A stretch of 29,463 nucleotides of DNA from Verrucomicrobiota bacterium (GTDB taxonomy: Bacteria; Verrucomicrobiota; Verrucomicrobiia; Limisphaerales; JAGWYX01). The position numbers and the translations under genes are program-made. Under the pieces are notes generated by a model. It made no database searches. It was not told the DNA's origin and was given only the letters and a program-made list of their open reading frames with translations. The stretch is taken from positions 1 through 29,463 of the forward strand of contig JAGWYX010000001.1 of NCBI GenBank assembly GCA_018969165.1, given 5' to 3'. Shown in pieces: positions 28,279-29,463 of this stretch; position 1 is the stretch's first letter; each line of letters begins with the position of its first letter.

Positions 28279-28989
28279 ATGAAACCTTACAGCCAATCCA
28301 TTCGGTGGACGGCCGCCATGCGGGGATCGAGCGCGGCCCTGCTGCTCGCTTTCCTGGTCACGCCCGCGCCTGGCTTCGGGGCCGACACCGCGGAAAAAGA
28401 GCCGCTGGTCCTGCAATTGCCGGCCCCCACCTTGAAAGGCACGCCGGAGGACCTGCCCAAAGGGCCGAACATCGAGCCCCTGTCGGATAAAGCCCCGCCG
28501 CCGTTCCTGGTCCCGAAAGGGGTCAAGAACGTCGCCCTGGGCAAACCGGTCACCAGCAGCGTGCGCCCCTTCACCGGCGAGTTGAGCCAGATCACCGACG
28601 GCCAGAAGGAACCGCAGGACTCCGACACCGTCGAGATGAAGCGGGGCACGCAGTGGGTGCAGGTGGACCTGGGCGCGCCCTACGCCCTCTACGCGATCGT
28701 GCTGTGGCACGACCACCGCTATGTCCAGGTCGTGCATGACGTGATCGTGCAGGTGTCCGACGATCCGACCTTCAAGACCGGCGTGCAAACCCTCTTTAAC
28801 AACGACTCGGACAACTCCTCCGGCCAGGGCGTGGGCACCGACCGCGAGTATTTCGAGACCAACCGGGGCAAGATCATGGACGCCAAGGGCGTCCAGGCGC
28901 GCTACGTGCGGGCCTACAGCCGGGGCGGCACCTCGGGCGCGCTCAATTGCTGGGAAGAAATCGAGGTTTACGGCCTCCCCACCAAGTAA
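28279..28989 (+). CDS. Exported F5/8 type C (discoidin/galactose-binding-like) domain protein
   Basis: Signal-peptide-like N-terminus, Pro-rich linker, NVALGKPVTSS, ITDG, QWVQVDLG, ARYVR, EIEVYG; 236 aa from ATG 28279. Confidence 0.85.
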   Translation: MKPYSQSIRWTAAMRGSSAALLLAFLVTPAPGFGADTAEKEPLVLQLPAPTLKGTPEDLPKGPNIEPLSDKAPPPFLVPKGVKNVALGKPVTSSVRPFTGELSQITDGQKEPQDSDTVEMKRGTQWVQVDLGAPYALYAIVLWHDHRYVQVVHDVIVQVSDDPTFKTGVQTLFNNDSDNSSGQGVGTDREYFETNRGKIMDAKGVQARYVRAYSRGGTSGALNCWEEIEVYGLPTK

Positions 28990-29016
28990 TCCGGCGCCGC
29001 GGGCGCGACAATGCCC

Positions 29017-29045
29017 TTGATCTTGCGGGCCGTTGTTCCTAAAAA
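29017..29045 (+). promoter_or_regulatory. Candidate promoter of the hemerythrin gene
   Basis: TTGATC-N17-TAAAAA, 20 nt before ATG 29066. Confidence 0.35.
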
Positions 29046-29065
29046 CGGTCGGCAACTCAGGCGTC

Positions 29066-29463
29066 ATGAAAATTACTGAAGCCCTCCTGGCCGAGCACGT
29101 CGTCTTTCACAACCTCTTCGACCAGATCGAGCGGGCCTTGCCCCGGCTCAAGACCGCCGCCGAAGTGCGCTCCCTGGCCGCCCTCCTCACCGAGATGCTG
29201 CGCATTCATACCCGCGTCGAGGATGAATTGCTGATCGAACCGCTGGAGCATTGCTTCGAGCAGATCGGCCAGCGCGAGACCTTCCACGAGGAACACGAAC
29301 AGATCGATGCCGACCTCGCCCGGTCCCGCCAGGCCAAGCGCATCGCCGAAGGCAAACGGCTCCTGCTCGAGGCGGTCCTCAATTGCCGCAAGCACTTCGA
29401 CAAAGAGGAGCGCCTGGTCTTCCCGCTGGCGGAGGAGGCCTTCAACCATCACACGTTGATGAC
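29066..29463 (+). CDS. Hemerythrin/HHE cation-binding domain protein, runs off the right edge
   Basis: Manual translation MKITEALLAEHVVFHNLF...HTRVEDELL...FHEEHEQID...HFDKEERLVFPLAE shows H, HxxxE, H and HxxxE ligand motifs. Not in the ORF track. Confidence 0.88.
   Translation, partial: MKITEALLAEHVVFHNLFDQIERALPRLKTAAEVRSLAALLTEMLRIHTRVEDELLIEPLEHCFEQIGQRETFHEEHEQIDADLARSRQAKRIAEGKRLLLEAVLNCRKHFDKEERLVFPLAEEAFNHHTLM

Overview
High-GC bacterial chromosomal window; gene content and repeat style suggest Verrucomicrobiota/PVC superphylum (inference, not tested). It holds about 21 coding regions: 5' part of dnaK (runs off the left edge, absent from the ORF track), a MacB/ADOP-type ABC permease plus ATPase, an ankyrin protein, a coupled thiG-rfaE1-gmhB operon, two small membrane proteins, DUF488/YeaO, a Gfo/Idh/MocA oxidoreductase, a stand-alone OvoA-C-terminal-like methyltransferase, an M29 aminopeptidase, a five-CxxCH PA14 cytochrome c with a beta-propeller partner, a GH127-like hydrolase, an L,D-transpeptidase, an NCS1 permease, a REP-associated tyrosine transposase (RAYT) broken by an in-frame TAG and flanked by REP arrays, dnaE, a discoidin-domain protein and a hemerythrin-domain protein (runs off the right edge, absent from the ORF track). 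I found no tRNA, rRNA, CRISPR array or defence system. The most notable signals are non-coding: an unrecognised ~90-nt tripartite element present twice in inverted orientation around a three-gene block; a ~100-bp MITE-like insert with a 15-16 bp flanking duplication; a sigma54-type promoter with paired palindromes upstream of dnaK; and many promoters placed for leaderless or very short-leader mRNAs. All calls were read by eye; no database searches were run.
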